From the NCBI GenBank assembly GCA_964016885.1, contig OZ024757.1, positions 24,366,001-24,430,000 of the forward strand: DNA of 64,000 bases, given 5' to 3'. The stretch is from Eledone cirrhosa. Taxonomy: Eukaryota. Under the pieces are notes generated by a model that saw only the letters and a program-made list of their open reading frames with translations, was not told the DNA's origin and did not search any database. Of this stretch, positions 41,885 to 55,350 are shown one piece after another. Numbering within the stretch: position 1 is the stretch's first letter; each line of letters starts with the position of its first letter. Made by a program: the position numbers and the translations under genes.

Positions 41885-44431
41885 TAATTAGCAGGAGGGG
41901 GGGGTGTAGATGGTGGGGGTGGGGTGTTGGTAGTGTGTGGGGGTGTGGGGGGGTGTTTGTAGGGTGTGGTGGGGTGTTGGTGGAAGGTAGATTCTGTGGT
42001 GTTGTGTTGTTTGGGTGTGGGGGAGTTGTGTTGGTAGGGTGTGGTCTGGTGGTGGAAAGGTGTGGGGGAGTGGTGTTGGTAGGGTGTGGGGGAGTTGCGT
42101 TGGTGGGGAGTGGTGTGGTGTTGGTAGGGTGTGGGGGAGTGGTGTTGGTAGGGTGTGAGGGAGTGGTGTTGGTGTGGTGTGGGGAGTTGTGTGGGGAAGG
42201 TGTGTTGGTAGGGTGTGGGGGAGTGGTGTTGGTAGGGTGTGGTGTGGTGTTGGCAGGTTGTGGGGGAGTGATGTTGGTAGGGTGTGGGGAAGGTGTGTTG
42301 CTAGGGTGAGGGGGAGTGGTGTTGGTAGGGGGGAGTGGTGTTGTTAGAGGGGGAGTGGTGTTGGTAGGGTGTGGTCTGGTGGTGGTAGGGTGTGGGGAGT
42401 GGTGTTGGTGGGGGGGGGGGGAGTAGTGTTGGTAGGGTGTGGGGAGTGGTGTTGGTAGGGGGGAAGGTGTCTTGGTAGGGTGCGGGGGAGTGGTGTTGGT
42501 AGGTTGTGGGGGGTGTTGGTAGGGTGTGGGGGAGTGGGGGTAGGGTATGCGGGAGTGGTGTTGGTAGGGTGTGGGGAAGTGGTGTTGGTAGGGTGTGGTC
42601 TGGTGGTGGTAGGGTGTGGGGAAGGTGTCTTGGTAGGGTGTGGGGGAGTGGTGTTGGTAGGGTGTGGGGAGTTGTGTTAGTAGGGTGTGGGGGAGTGGTG
42701 TTGGTAGGGTGTGGGGGAGTGGTGTTGGTAGGGTGTGGGAGTGGTGTTGTTAGGGTGTGGGGAAGGTGTCTTGGTAGGGTGTGGGGGAGTGGTGTTGGTA
42801 GGGTGTGGGGAGTTGTGTTAGTAGGGTGTGGGGGAGTGGTGTTGGTAGGGTGTGGGTGAGTGGTGTTGTTAGGGTGTGGGGAAGGTGTCTTGGTAGGGTG
42901 TGGGGAAGGTGTCTTGGTAGGGTGTGGGGGAGTGGTGTTGGTAGGGTGTGGAGAAGGTGTGTTGGTAGGGCGTGGGGGAGTGGTGTTGGTAGGGTGTGGG
43001 GAGTGGTGTTGGTAGGTTGTGGGGGAGTGGTGTTGTTAGGGTGTGGGGAAGGTGTCTTGGTAGGGTGTGGGGGAGTGGTGTTGGTAGGGTGTGGGGAGTG
43101 GTGTTGGTAGGGTGTGGGGAGTGGTGTTAGTAGGGTGTGGGGGAGTGGTGTTGTTAGGGTGTGGGGAAGGTGTCTTGGTAGGGTGTGGGGGAGTGGTGTT
43201 GGTAGGGTGCGGGGGAGTGGTGTTAGTGGGGGAGTGGTGTTGGTAGTGTGTGGGGGTAGGGTATGCGGGAGAGGTGTTGGTAGGGTGTGGTCTGGTGGTG
43301 GTAGGGTGTGGGGGAGTGGTGTTGGTAGGGTGTGGGGGAGTGGTGTTGTTAGGGTGTGGGGAAGGTGTCTTGGTAGGGTGTGGGGGAGTGGTGTTGGTAG
43401 GGTGTGGGGGAGTGGTGTGGGGAGTGGTGTTGGTAGGGTGTGGGGAAGGTGTCTTGGTAGGGTGTGGGGGAGTGGTGTTGGTAGGGTGTGGGGAAGGTGT
43501 CTTGGTAGGGTGTGAGGGAGTGGTGTTGGTAGGGTGTGGGGGAGTGGTGTTGGTAGGGTGTGGGGGAGTGGTGTTGTTAGGGTGTGGGGAAGGTGTCTTG
43601 GTAGGGTGTGGGGGAGTGGTGTTGGTAGGGTGTGGAGAAGGTGTGTTGGTAGGGCGTGGGGGAGTGGTGTTGGTAGGGTGTGGGGAGTGGTGTTGGTAGG
43701 TTGTGGGGGAGTGGTGTTGTTAGGGTGTGGGGAAGGTGTCTTGGTAGGGTGTGGGGGAGTGGTGTTGGTAGGGTGTGGGGGAGTGGTGTTGGTAGGGTGT
43801 GGGGAGTGGTGTTAGTAGGGTGTGGGGGAGTGGTGTTGGTAGGGTGTGGGGAAGGTGTCTTGGTAGGGTGTGGGGGAGTGGTGTTGGTGGAAGATAGATT
43901 CTGTATTTCTCTACATAACTCTGACATGGGTGGTGCTGTAGCATGGCTAGGCTTGTTAGAAGCTGCTGTAGCATGGCTAGGCTGTTTGGATATTGCTGTA
44001 GCATGTCTTGGCTTGTTAGAAGCTGCTGTAGCATGGCCAGGCTGTTTGGATATTGCCGTAGCATGTCTTGGCTTGTTAGAAGCTGCTGTAGCATGGCCAG
44101 GCTGTTAGGATATTGCTGTAGCATGGCCAGGCTGGTTAGATAATGCTGCAGCATGGCCAGGCAGTTTAGATGATGCTGTAGCATGGCCAGGTTTGTTAGA
44201 TGGTGCTGTACCATGGCCAGACTTAAATTGTACTGTAGCATGGCCTGGCTGTTTAGACGGAGTCCCGTGGTACGGCTTGGATACTTGGAACTTGTCTTTC
44301 TAAGTTTCGCGCATGCGCATTCAATTCCATCCAAACCAAGAAGAAGAAAAAAATGGCCGTCAGTTTGTAGAATTTTTCCAGCTCTACAAAGACTCTTGCA
44401 AAATGCTTCCAAAACAGACAGTTGCGGTTTT
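41885..44431 (-). pseudogene. Putative disrupted exon of a secreted repeat (mucin-like, His/Pro/Thr-rich) protein, copy 1
   Basis: Acceptor cctttcag at the 44431 boundary; hydrophobic EKFYKLTAIFFFFLVWMELNAHA; after a frameshift, 30-bp repeats S(N/K)xPGHATAx with one in-frame TAA, then PTNTTPPH repeats. Confidence 0.4.
41895..43890. repeat. G-rich ~24-bp minisatellite, 2 kb
   Basis: Unit ggagtggtgttggtagggtgtggg; the minus strand can read HPTNTTPP; only ~280 bp long in the duplicate (59635-59905). Confidence 0.95.
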
Positions 44432-45099
44432 CTGAAAGGTAACGTAGATTTTTATATTATGTTGAGATATTTTGGTAAATCTTTCCTTCTTAGTTCCCTC
44501 CATAATCAACCATTTTAATAGTCTTTCTCTTCCGTATTTCTAATGAAATACCCAGACCATGTGTTCCGATTCATGTTGAAAATAAACAATAAAATGTAGG
44601 GATTTAATAATAAATTTCAACATGTTTCTTTTTTATTCACAGGAAATATATTTAGTGTATTTTGTTTTAAAACTCTTCCTAGTTTTCCCTGTAGCTGCTC
44701 TGTTGTCTTTAGCAAATATTTTCGATGTATTTAAATATTTCTTTCAATATTGAGATCAAAGACCATAAATTGTTGATTCGGTTCAACAGTGCTAAATATT
44801 TTCTGAAACTATTGTAAATTAATTTTATATTCTGGAGCAGATTCTAAGGGTGTGTGTCTCCTATGAGGTTTTCACGATAGGGTTCACAGTGCAGTTATTC
44901 AATCCCCACCCCTACACATGTTAGGTAAGACCTTAATTACAGGGAAAATGGTCTGTTGTGGTCCTTGTGGGTGGCTCTACAGGTATTTTCGAAAGAGGAG
45001 ACAGCATTGTTGTTGTTGAGACACCTCGCTATCGTTAACCTGTTGTGTGTGGGTCACTTAATCTGGATGGAGATCACCTTTGTTGTTCTTCCTCTACCA

Positions 45100-45400
45100 G
45101 ATCCAGCTGAAACTCCTCTCCACCTCCTCTCCTACTTTGGTCTTTACTACTTTGGTCCTGTTCCACCCAGTTACTCAGAGATATTTCATGAGATTGTAGG
45201 CAGATATTTCTACCAACCCTCTCCCTCCAGCCTGTGGGGTGAGGACTTTGTCTCTGCCGTATGTCTGTCTCGTAATCATAGCTGAAGTATTGATCAGTGT
45301 TAACAGATCGATATCGATTAACTTTTCACCACGTGAATTCTCAATCATTAGGTGAGAGGGTGACATCTTTGGCAAGTGTCATCGTAACCTCCAGCTAACC
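45100..45400 (-). mobile_element. Possible decayed R4/Dong-like LINE fragment (duplicate ~61120-61440)
   Basis: KAD..VLTPQAGGRGLVEISAY resembles the KADxxRLYxxRxxGGRGL motif. Confidence 0.35.
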
Positions 45401-46701
45401 CATGCCCTGTCATGGAAATTTGGTAGACAGAAACTGTCTGGAAGCCTGTAAGATGGACTGTACCTGTAATTAAGTCAGTCTTGTCACACACCGTGTCAAC
45501 ATTCAGTATTTCTTCCCATAGTGGTGACAGTGTTGGACTTACGATCATAATGTGATGAGTTCCATTCCGGGATCGTGTTGTGTTCTTGAACAAAACACTT
45601 CATTTCACCTTCTTCCAGTATACTTAACTTGAGTACCAGTAGTATCATGTTGTTTAACTCTATGATAGACTGGTGTACTGTCCAGGGGAGGGTCTTGTAT
45701 GTTCAGCTGACTAACTGACTCGGAGAAGCACCGGTCTAATGAGGCTCCGGGTTTGAGACAGACTTTAACCTTGCAATCGACTGGCGTCCTATCCAGGGGA
45801 AGTCTCTTGTTACCGTATTTCTAATGAAATACCCAGACCATGTGTCCCAATTCATGTTGAAAATAAACAATAAAATGTAGGGATTTAATAATAAAATTCA
45901 ACATGTTTCTTTTTTATTCACAGGAAATATATTTAGTGTATTTTATTTTAAAACTCTTCCTAGTTTTCCCTGTAGCAGCTCTGTTGTCTTTAAATGTTTT
46001 TAATGTATTTAAATGTTTCTTTCAAGATTGATTCAATTCTTCAGCAGTGTTAAATACTTTCTGAAACTGTTGTAAATTTATTTTGTATTCCAGAACAGAT
46101 TCTAAGGGTGTGTGTCTCCTATGAGGTTTTCTCTGGTGTTTTAACGATAGGGTCCACAGCCCAATTACGCCATCCCCGCCCCCTACATATATGTATATGT
46201 TAGGGTAGTCCGTAATTACAGGCGGTGTTAATGTGTTTTTGCACATATAAATTCGCATATCTGATGAGAAGTCGAGGTGGAGTCGGGCCCCTGTCATTTT
46301 GATTGTACCCTGAGATGATCGATACTAATATGATTGCAATATGCAAAGTTTATATATATGCTGCAATTGACTTCGATCCTGCATATATATATGTACACAT
46401 ACAAACACAGATATATATGTATATATATGTAAGTATATATATTATCATCACCGTTTTACGTCCGTTCTTCCACGTTAGCATGGGTTTGACGGGTTGTTCT
46501 GTTGTGGGCTGTGCCCATGGGGGCCTAATATGTGTATATGTATATATATATATGTATGTATATATATATATATATATATGTGTATATGTTTATATATGTA
46601 TGTATATATATATATGTGTATATGTATATATATATGTGTATATGTATATATGTGTGTATATGTATATATATATGTGTATATGTATGTGTATATATGTACA
46701 G

Positions 46702-47712
46702 CATCATCACTTCACGTTCGCTTTTCCCTGCTTGCAAGGGTGGGACGGGTCGTATTCCACACAGCATCTCTCCACTTGTCACGGTCCTTCGTCATCTCCA
46801 CCGTGAGTTTCAGCGATCTGAGGTCTGCCCTCACCACCTCCACCCATGTTTTTCGTGGTCTTCCTTCTACTGGGATTTATTGGCACTTCTTTACCCCGCG
46901 GTCATCCTCCATGCGCATCACAGGTCCATACCATCTCAGTGTTCTCTCCCACACACCACAACTTATCCTTCTTATACCCAGTTACTCTCTCAACTCGTCC
47001 ATGCTTGGTCGTTCACGCACATTGACATTGCACATCCAACGGAGAATGCTTGCTTCATTGCTCTCCGTAAACGGCCTCTCGTTACGCAGGGAGAATATCC
47101 TTCTTTGTCAACAGAGGAAGAAGCTCCCTAAACCTCTTCCAACCCGTCCTTATTCTAGATACTATGACCTCGGAACACCCCCCCCCCCCTGCTAATCTGA
47201 TCACTTAGGTACCGGAAGCTATCCACCACTTCTATAGCACCCACCTGCATTTTAAAAATGTGCCTATCACTGCGACTTCTAATGTCAAATTTCCCCGTAC
47301 ATCTACTGCATACGTATTTCTCCCTACCTGTTAATTAGCCTACTATCTCATTACCTCTCTTGTGTACCCATTCTTCAACGCCTAGTTTCCTTAGGGACCA
47401 CCAGATGACAGATCGGGGTACCCTATCAAAGGCCTTCTCTAGATCAACAAACGCTAAGTATAGTGGCTTATTCTTCTCTAAGAACCTCTCTTGTAGTTGC
47501 CTCACTAAGAAGAGGGCATCAGTTGTACTTTTCCCAGGCACAAAACCAAACTGCATCTCATCTAATTTGACCCTTTCTCTAATTAGTTGCGCTAATATTC
47601 TCTCTGACACTTTCCTAACCTGATACATCAGTTTTAATGCCCCTATAATTGCTCTTATCTAGAGCATCCCCTTTACCTTTGTAGCAATTTATGAGAATAC
47701 TGCTGCACCAGT
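46702..47712 (-). mobile_element. RTE LINE 3' portion with internal deletion
   Basis: QFGFVPGKSTTDALF...AFVDLEKAFDRVPR joins directly to WVHKR near 47370; the longer duplicate is at 62576-64000. Confidence 0.92.
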
Positions 47713-47840
47713 ATGTATGTATATATATATATATATATATATGTGTGTATATATATGTTTATGTATCTATATGTATGTATATATATGTATATGCATATAT
47801 ATATGTATGTATATATATGTGTATATGTATGCATAATCAT

Positions 47841-47909
47841 CTGGCAGAAAGGTATACGATGCTGACGATAGCTAATAAGCTTGAAATGAGTATATCGTTC
47901 CTGTGTCAG
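47841..47909 (+). ncRNA. Minimal type I hammerhead ribozyme motif
   Basis: acgatg-CTGACGA-tagctaataagctt-GAAA-tgag-TA-tatcgt with extended stem I ctggca/tgtcag. Confidence 0.65.
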
Positions 47910-50900
47910 TGTTGAACAAAAAGGCGACGATGTTTGCCCGAAGACTGTACGGCGTAATTCGGGCTGTTTGTTTACAAACAAACCGAACATTATAATAAAT
48001 GTTCGGTAAACCCATACGTACATATATATATATATGTGCATGTATGTATATATATATATATACATACTACTGTACGTCTGTATACGTATATGCATACTTA
48101 CATTTAAGTATCAGCCGTACAGAGAGTGAGAAATTAAATTTCGTTTCATTCTTTTCCATTTATATATATATATGTATATGCATATATATATGTATATAGA
48201 TACATATATATATGTGTGTGTGTGTATATATGTATATAGATACATATATATATATATGTGTGTGTGTATATATATAAGTATATACACATATATGTGTATA
48301 TATATATATATAGGCATAATTCCGTCTTCAAGAAGATGCCTCACATTCATTCACCTTCGGTGGATATATCCTTGGCCAGGAGGTGTTGATGTCACCTGCT
48401 CTAAAATGCAACAAGAGGCCCTTTCTGATACCTCCCCGCATCCTGCCAACTGCAGCCATCTTCCCTCTTCCTATCATTCCAATGGCAGTGTCCATTCTCT
48501 ATATCATGAGTAAGCCGGGAATCCCCTGTAGCCCACCTCCACCCACGTCATCTTCTGGGGCTCTCCTTTCTTTGATTTCGGTTTAAAGTGGAGCTTGAGT
48601 CTGCAGCGTACGAGGCGATGGTCGGTGTGACATTCGGCACTGAGCATCACTCTGCTGTGTAAGAGGTCTTTCAGGTCACATCAGCGCCCTAGGATATAAT
48701 CAATGATGTGCCAGTGTTTGGAACAAAGATGAATGCAGGTTGTTTTCAAACGGTCCTTCTGCTGCAAGATTATCTGCTTTGCAGAACTCCGCCAACAAGC
48801 ATCCTCTGTCATTGCAGTTACCAACGCCCTGTCTCATAAGCAATCCCTCCCAGGCTATTGAATCTCGGCCGATGGCGTTGAAATCGCCCACAGGGGTGAC
48901 CTGTAAGAGACTGTGCACATCAAAGTAAAACTTGTTCTTGTCTGCAGGATCTGCTTGAAGAATGTGGTATATAGTTGATTACTGAGTGGGACCGACATAG
49001 AAATCATGCGGTAAGAATGACCTGTTGGCAGGTTTTCAAGCTTGGAAGTGATAGAACTCCTGACCATGAAACCCACTCCTGAAAGGCGTCTCACTGCTGC
49101 TGGTTTACTTGACCAGTAGAAGGTGTATCTGGTGCCATGGTCTTGTAGGTGGCCTTCCTCTGGGAATTGGACCTCACTGAGAGCAGCGATATCAACATTC
49201 AGTGTTGACAGTTGGTGTGGAATTAGAACAGATTGACAAACTCTGGGTGGTTGTGTCAAGCAAGGTCTTGAGGGTCCAGCATGTGATTTTTAGTTCATTG
49301 AAGGTTGGTGTTTACCTTTTATTCTTTGGTGATTTTCGGCCGCGTGAAAAGATGCCCGTTGACCACGGTTTGCCAATTGAGTGGTGTGGGAGACGAGCCG
49401 GGGGAATACCTCCGAAGTGATACTCAACAAGACTTTCTCTGAGATAAAAGAATGGGCCTGCCTTTTAACGTATCTGATATACAGTATACTGTGGTTTAGC
49501 ACAACTTTTCTAGACCCCTCTCCATATGGAGAAAGCAGCACTGTCCCTAGAGAAGGCTGCTTCGTCATTCAGGGTGTGCCAAACGATATTGTCCCTAGAT
49601 CAAATCAAACGACGAGATCCCCTCCATATAGGAGTGGGACTACGTCTTCCAGTGTTGAAAATAAACAATAAAATGTAGGGATTTAATACTAAAATTCAAC
49701 ATGTTTCTTTTTATTCACAAAAAATATATCTTGTGTAGTTTTTTTTAAACTCTTCCTAGTTTTCCCTGTAGCAGCTCTGTTACTATACGGGTGTCTCCTA
49801 TGAGGTATTATCAGGTGTTTTAACGATAGGGTCTATAACACACTTACCCGATCCCCTCCAACTACACACATATATGTTAGTTAAGTCCGTAATTACTGTT
49901 ACAGGCGAAGTGAATGTGTTTATGCACCTATAAACTCGCATATCTGATGAGTTGTCGAGGCAGAACCGGGCCCCTGTCATTATGATTGAACCCTGCATTT
50001 AGGGTGTGTCCCCTATGAGGTTTTTTCGGCAGTTTTACCGCTAGGGTCTACAGTCCAATTACTCGATCGCCGCCCCCTACATATGTTAGGTAAGTGTGTA
50101 ATTAAAGTTACATGCGGCGTTTTTGCACATATAAATGCGCATATCTGATGAGATATCGAGGTAGATATATATAGCGGCCCACAGTTATATCTAATATAAT
50201 TGTTATATACTATTGGCACAAGGCCAGCAATTACCCAGTACATTACTGGTACTTTATTTTATCGACTCCGTAAGGATGAAAGGCGAAGTTAACCTCGGCG
50301 GGATTTGAACTCAGAATGGCAAGGGCCGTAACTCTATGTGTCAAAGCATGGCGTCCGACTCTCTACCGATAATGTAATGTTAGGTCTGTCTGTCTATCCA
50401 TACAACCTGAGATACTTTCTTTACATACTTGAAGGTTCTTATTACATTTATGATACTTAGAACCCTTGATGGTTAATTAGATTCTTGGGAGACAGTTGAA
50501 TTCGAACCTTAGATACTTCCTTTACATTCTTGATACTTAAAACCCTTGATGGTTACTACATTTTTAGACAACCCACAATTACATATAATATAAGGATGTG
50601 TCTGTCCTTTAACGTCCCAGATATACAGTAGTTTGTAATAGCTACCCCTCCATACAGTCTATAGTTATATCTAAAGATGAGTCTGTCCTTTAACGTCCCA
50701 GATATACAGTAGTTTGTAATAGCTACCCCTCCATACAGTCTATAGTTATATCTAAAGATGAGTCTGTCCTTTAACGTCCCAGATATACAGTAGTTTGTAA
50801 TAGCTAGCCCTCCATACAGTCTATAGTTATATCTAAAGATAGGCCTGTCTTTTAACACCCCTGATATACAGTAGCTTGTGGGTTGGGATCTGTCTCTCGC

Positions 50901-51221
50901 TCCATACGGCCCACAGTTGCAGCTTATAAAATGTTAGGCCTGTTTTTTAACGTCCAAAGAACTGGGGTCATCTGTCAATGGTACATTTCACCGTCTTTCA
51001 AGGTACGCATTAGTTACATTTGTATCTATATTTTTAATTATTTGTTGACAAAATAATATATGTAAACGGCATAAATGGAAGTAATTCAGGTGTGAATATA
51101 TTTTTCATTTGAAAATTAAGACGTTGCTGGTCATGTGGTGATATATATGTATTGTTACGGGGTGTAATTATGGTTGTCAATCGAAAACCGATGGTGACTG
51201 TCTTCTTCAATTGTGGATCAT

Positions 51222-52260
51222 GTGGTGACTACAGGCAGTTCATGTCATCCCTGACTCCTTTGGTGACTGTACAGGCAGTACATGTGTCTGTCTATCTCTC
51301 CTTTGGTGACTGTACAGGCAGTACATGTGTCAGTCTATCTCTCCTTTGGTGACTGTACAGGCAGTACATGTGTCAGTCTATCTCTCCTTTGGTGACTGTA
51401 CAGGCAGTACATGTGTCAGTCTATCTCTCCTTTGGTGACTGTACAGGCAGTACATGTGTCAGTCTATCTCTCCTTTGGTGACTGTACAGGCAGTACATGT
51501 GTCAGTCTATCTCTCCTTTGGTGACTGTACAGGCAGTACATGTGTCAGTCTATCTCTCCTTTGGTGACTGTACAGGCAGTACATGTGTCAGTCTATACCT
51601 CCTTTGGTGACTGTACAGGCAGTACATGTGTCTGTCTATCTCTCCTTTGGTGACTGTACAGGCAGTACATGTGTCAGTCTATCTCTCCTTTGGTGACTGT
51701 ACAGGCAGTACATGTGTCAGTCTATCTCTCCTTTGGTGACTGTACAGGCAGTACATGTGTCTGTCTATACCTCCTTTGGTGACTGTACAGGCAGTACATG
51801 TGTCTGTCTATACCTCCTTTGGTGACTTTACAGGCAGTACATGTGTCTGTCTATCTCTCCTTTGGTGACTGTACAGGCAGTACATGTGTCTGTCTATCTC
51901 TCCTTTGGTCACTGTACAGGCAGTACATGTGTCTGTCTATACCTCCTTTGGTCACTGTACAGGCAGTACATGTGTCTGTCTATACCTCCTTTGGTCACTG
52001 TACAGGCAGTACATGTGTCTGTCTATACCTCCTTTGGTCACTGTACAGGCAGTACATGTGTCTGTCTATACCTCCTTTGGTCACTACAGGCAGTACATGT
52101 GTCTGTCTATACCTCCTTTGGTCACTGTACAGGCAGTACATGTGTCTGTCTATCTCTCCTTTGGTGACTGTACAGGCAGTACATGTGTCTGTCTATACCT
52201 CCTTTGGTCACTGTACAGGCAGTACATGTGTCTGTCTATACCTCCTTTGGTCACTGTACA
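51222..52260. repeat. 43-bp minisatellite, ~24 copies
   Basis: Unit tttggt(g/c)actgtacaggcagtacatgtgtc(a/t)gtctat(ctc/acc)tcc. Confidence 0.97.
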
Positions 52261-52261
52261 T

Positions 52262-52925
52262 ATTTCAGTGGAAGTGTTGTGTGTCACACCTCAGTCTCCT
52301 TCTCGAATGCTCAATGCTCTGTCTGGCTTGTAAGATCTTCTCTGTGGCCAATGCTTGGCTAGAGGGCCAAAGACATGGAGTGTATTTACATAAGGTCGCA
52401 AGGCGGTTAAAAAGACATGTCTAACCTGTATAACCTTCTATGACTCTCGCTCGACTGTAAACAAAGATGTTTAAACCCTCTCGTTGGAGGGTAAACAAAG
52501 CGGTTTAAAGACATGTCTAACTTGCGTCTCTATCGTAAGGTCTTGTCATTATCAAAGGGTCCTCAAATGTAGAACAGGGTCACCATCGAACTTCGATAAT
52601 CCCACGCCTATATAGAGTTGAGAGTGATCCTGGGCAGGCGATGATCCTTCATCCTAGGGACGTGCCCTGCTCAGCGTATTTGGGAGTTCAGCTTCGTGTT
52701 TAATCTTTCACACGTTAGTACAGTCTTCCAAATTCACTGCTCACCTTTGCCAGTCTCTTGCTGACTTCCCTGTCGATCTTGGCACCCGATGCCATGGTGC
52801 ACACCAGGTAAGTGAAATAACGTCCCTGATATACAGTTCAGTCTCGCCAATGTTGATATAGGGAGGGTGGTACTCTTCCTGGGGTGCAGGCTGGTGGAAT
52901 ACTTCCATCTTCTTGAAGTTTACAG
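52262..52925 (-). mobile_element. Decayed RTE LINE RT-to-3' fragment
   Basis: Minus strand reads YLVCTMASGAKIDREVSKRLAK; RTE-like downstream sequence. Confidence 0.6.
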
Positions 52926-54444
52926 TCCAGAGAGCAGCAAGACTCTTTCTCTGTGGTAAAAGAATGAGCCTGTCTTTTAACGTCCCTCATATGCAGTATA
53001 TTGTGGTAGCTGTCCCTCTATACAGCAGTTGTTACATCTAATGTAAGGCTAGGTCTGTCTTATATATAGTGTATTGTGGTAGCTGCTCCTTTATACGACC
53101 CATAATTACATCTGTCCCTCACGCCACACGGCCCAGAGTTGCAGCTTATAAAAAGGTGAACCTGTCTTTTAATGTCCCTGATATACAGTTGTAGCAGCCC
53201 CTCTGTATTACATCTAATATAAGAATGGGTCTGTCTTTTAACACCCCTGATATACAGTATATTGTTGTAGCTGCCTCTCCATACGGTTGCAGTTACATCT
53301 AAGTATGGGTTTGTCCCTTAACGGCCCACTGTTACATTTAATATAATGTTGGGTCTGTCTTTTAACATCCCTGATATACAGTATATTGTAATAGCTACCC
53401 CTCCATACGGTCTATAGTTATATCTAAAGATGGGCCTGTCTTTTAACGTCCCTGATATACAGTATATTGTAATAGCTCTCCCTCCATACGGTCTATAGTT
53501 ATATCTAAGGTTGGATCTGTCTTTTAACGTCCTTCATATACAGTATATTGTGTTGGCTTGCTCCTCTCTACATCCCACAGTTACATCTATGGGTGGGCCT
53601 CTCTTTTAACGTCCCTGTTATACAGTGTTAGCTGTTCCTCCTCACAGCCCACAATTACATGTAATATAACAATAGGTCTGTTTTTATGCACATATAAACT
53701 CGCATATCTGATGAGATATCGAGGCAGAGCCGGGCCCTCGTCATTATGATGGTACCCTGCATCTAGGGTGTGTCTCCTATGAGGTTTTTTCGGCTAACAT
53801 GTGAGTTCATCGGTAGTGGTTGTTGTTGTAGAAAAATATAGTAAGGTTTGTTGTGGTAGTGTAGTGTGGATGTGTTTTTCTTATTCATCACGTTGATGGT
53901 TACTCTTGGTGTAGTGGTTGTGGTTTTCTTATTCATGTTTGTAGTTGTGGTGGTGGTGGTGGTTTTCTTATGTTTGTAGTTGTGGCGCTGTTGTAGTTGT
54001 TAAGGTTTGGTTGTATTATTTCTTATTCACCACATTGTTGGTGCTGTGGTGGTTGTGATGTTTGTTACTGTAGTTGTTTTGGTTATTGTTCATGTTTGTG
54101 TGGTTAACTGTTGTTAGTATTATACATTTTACTAATATAGTTTACGGTGTTGTAGTTGTGCATATGCTTTTGACTTGGAATCTACGGATGGATGCCCTTC
54201 CTAATGGCAACCCCATTTACAGAGTGGACCGGGTGCTTCTTGTCGTGACACCTACATGATCACTTTAGAGTGTAGACTGATCACACATCATCATCATCAT
54301 TGTTTAACGTCCATTTTCCACGCTAGCATGGGCAGGATGGTCTGACTCTTTGGGAAGAGAATCAGGTCAGAGGGCTCTGTTTCGCTCACCCAGAGGTGAT
54401 TTTGGTTTGGTTTCTACAGCTGGATGTCCTTCCTAACACCAACC

Positions 54445-54712
54445 ACATTTACAGTGTGTGCTGGGAAGTTTTTGTTGTGCTACCGACATGACCACATTAC
54501 AGTGTGGGCTGGGTGCTTTTTGTCACGATACCTACACAAGCATTTTACAGTGTGGGCTGGGCGCTTTTGTCTTGGCACCTACATCACCCCATTACATTGT
54601 GGACTGGGTTCTTTTTGTCACAACACCGACACAATCACATTACAGTGCGGGCTGGGTGCTCTTTGTCACGACACCTACATGACCACTTTACAGTGAGGGC
54701 TGGGCTCTTTGG
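54445..54712. repeat. ~50-bp degenerate tandem repeat
   Basis: Repeated ttacagtgtgggctgggtgctttttgtcacgacacctacatgaccac. Confidence 0.8.
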
Positions 54713-54807
54713 TTGTAACTCCAGGGAGGTGGGGGAGAGAAGCTTGGGAAATAGAGCATATTGGTAATAGGGGAGGGATATATATACACACACACACATA
54801 TATATAT

Positions 54808-55092
54808 ATCATCATCATCATCATTTTACATCTGCTTTTCCCTGCTTGCAAGTGTTGGATGGGTCCTGTTCAGCACAGCATCTCTCCACCTGTTACAGTA
54901 CTTTGTCATCTACTCCGTGAGTTTCAGCGATCTGAGGTCAGCTCTCACCACTTCCGGCCATGTTTTTCGTGGTCTTCCTCTACTGCGTCTTCCCTTCACT
55001 GGGATTACTTGGCACTTCTCCACCCATCGGTCATCCTCCATGCGCATCACATGTCCATACCATCTCAGCTGTCTCTCCTGAACACCACAACA
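54808..55092 (-). mobile_element. RTE LINE 3' end fragment with (GAT)n tail
   Basis: Homologous to 41200-41456 in reverse. Confidence 0.85.
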
Positions 55093-55193
55093 ATCTAACT
55101 GCTACTCTGTAACATGTTCCTATCTCTGAGAAAAAAGGAACCAAAAATTTGGTAATATTATTTCCTTAATTAAATTTCTGGATACACATTCCT

Positions 55194-55281
<88 letters not shown>

Positions 55282-55319
55282 TGTACATAGGTAAATATAT
55301 ACATATATATATACAAATG

Positions 55320-55350
<31 letters not shown>

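Larger units (their letters stand above)
33291..48310 (+). repeat. Segmental tandem duplication, copy 1
   Basis: Collinear blocks: 33291 matches 48312, 34380 matches 50040, 35575 matches 53380, 38572 matches 56361, 44431 matches 60413, 47712 matches 64000. Confidence 0.92.

Noticed and set aside
43720-44518. Listed ORFs MEAFCKSLC... (minus) and MARFVRWCC... (plus) as real proteins
   Set aside because: Probably shadow frames of the 30-bp repeat; no recognisable domain
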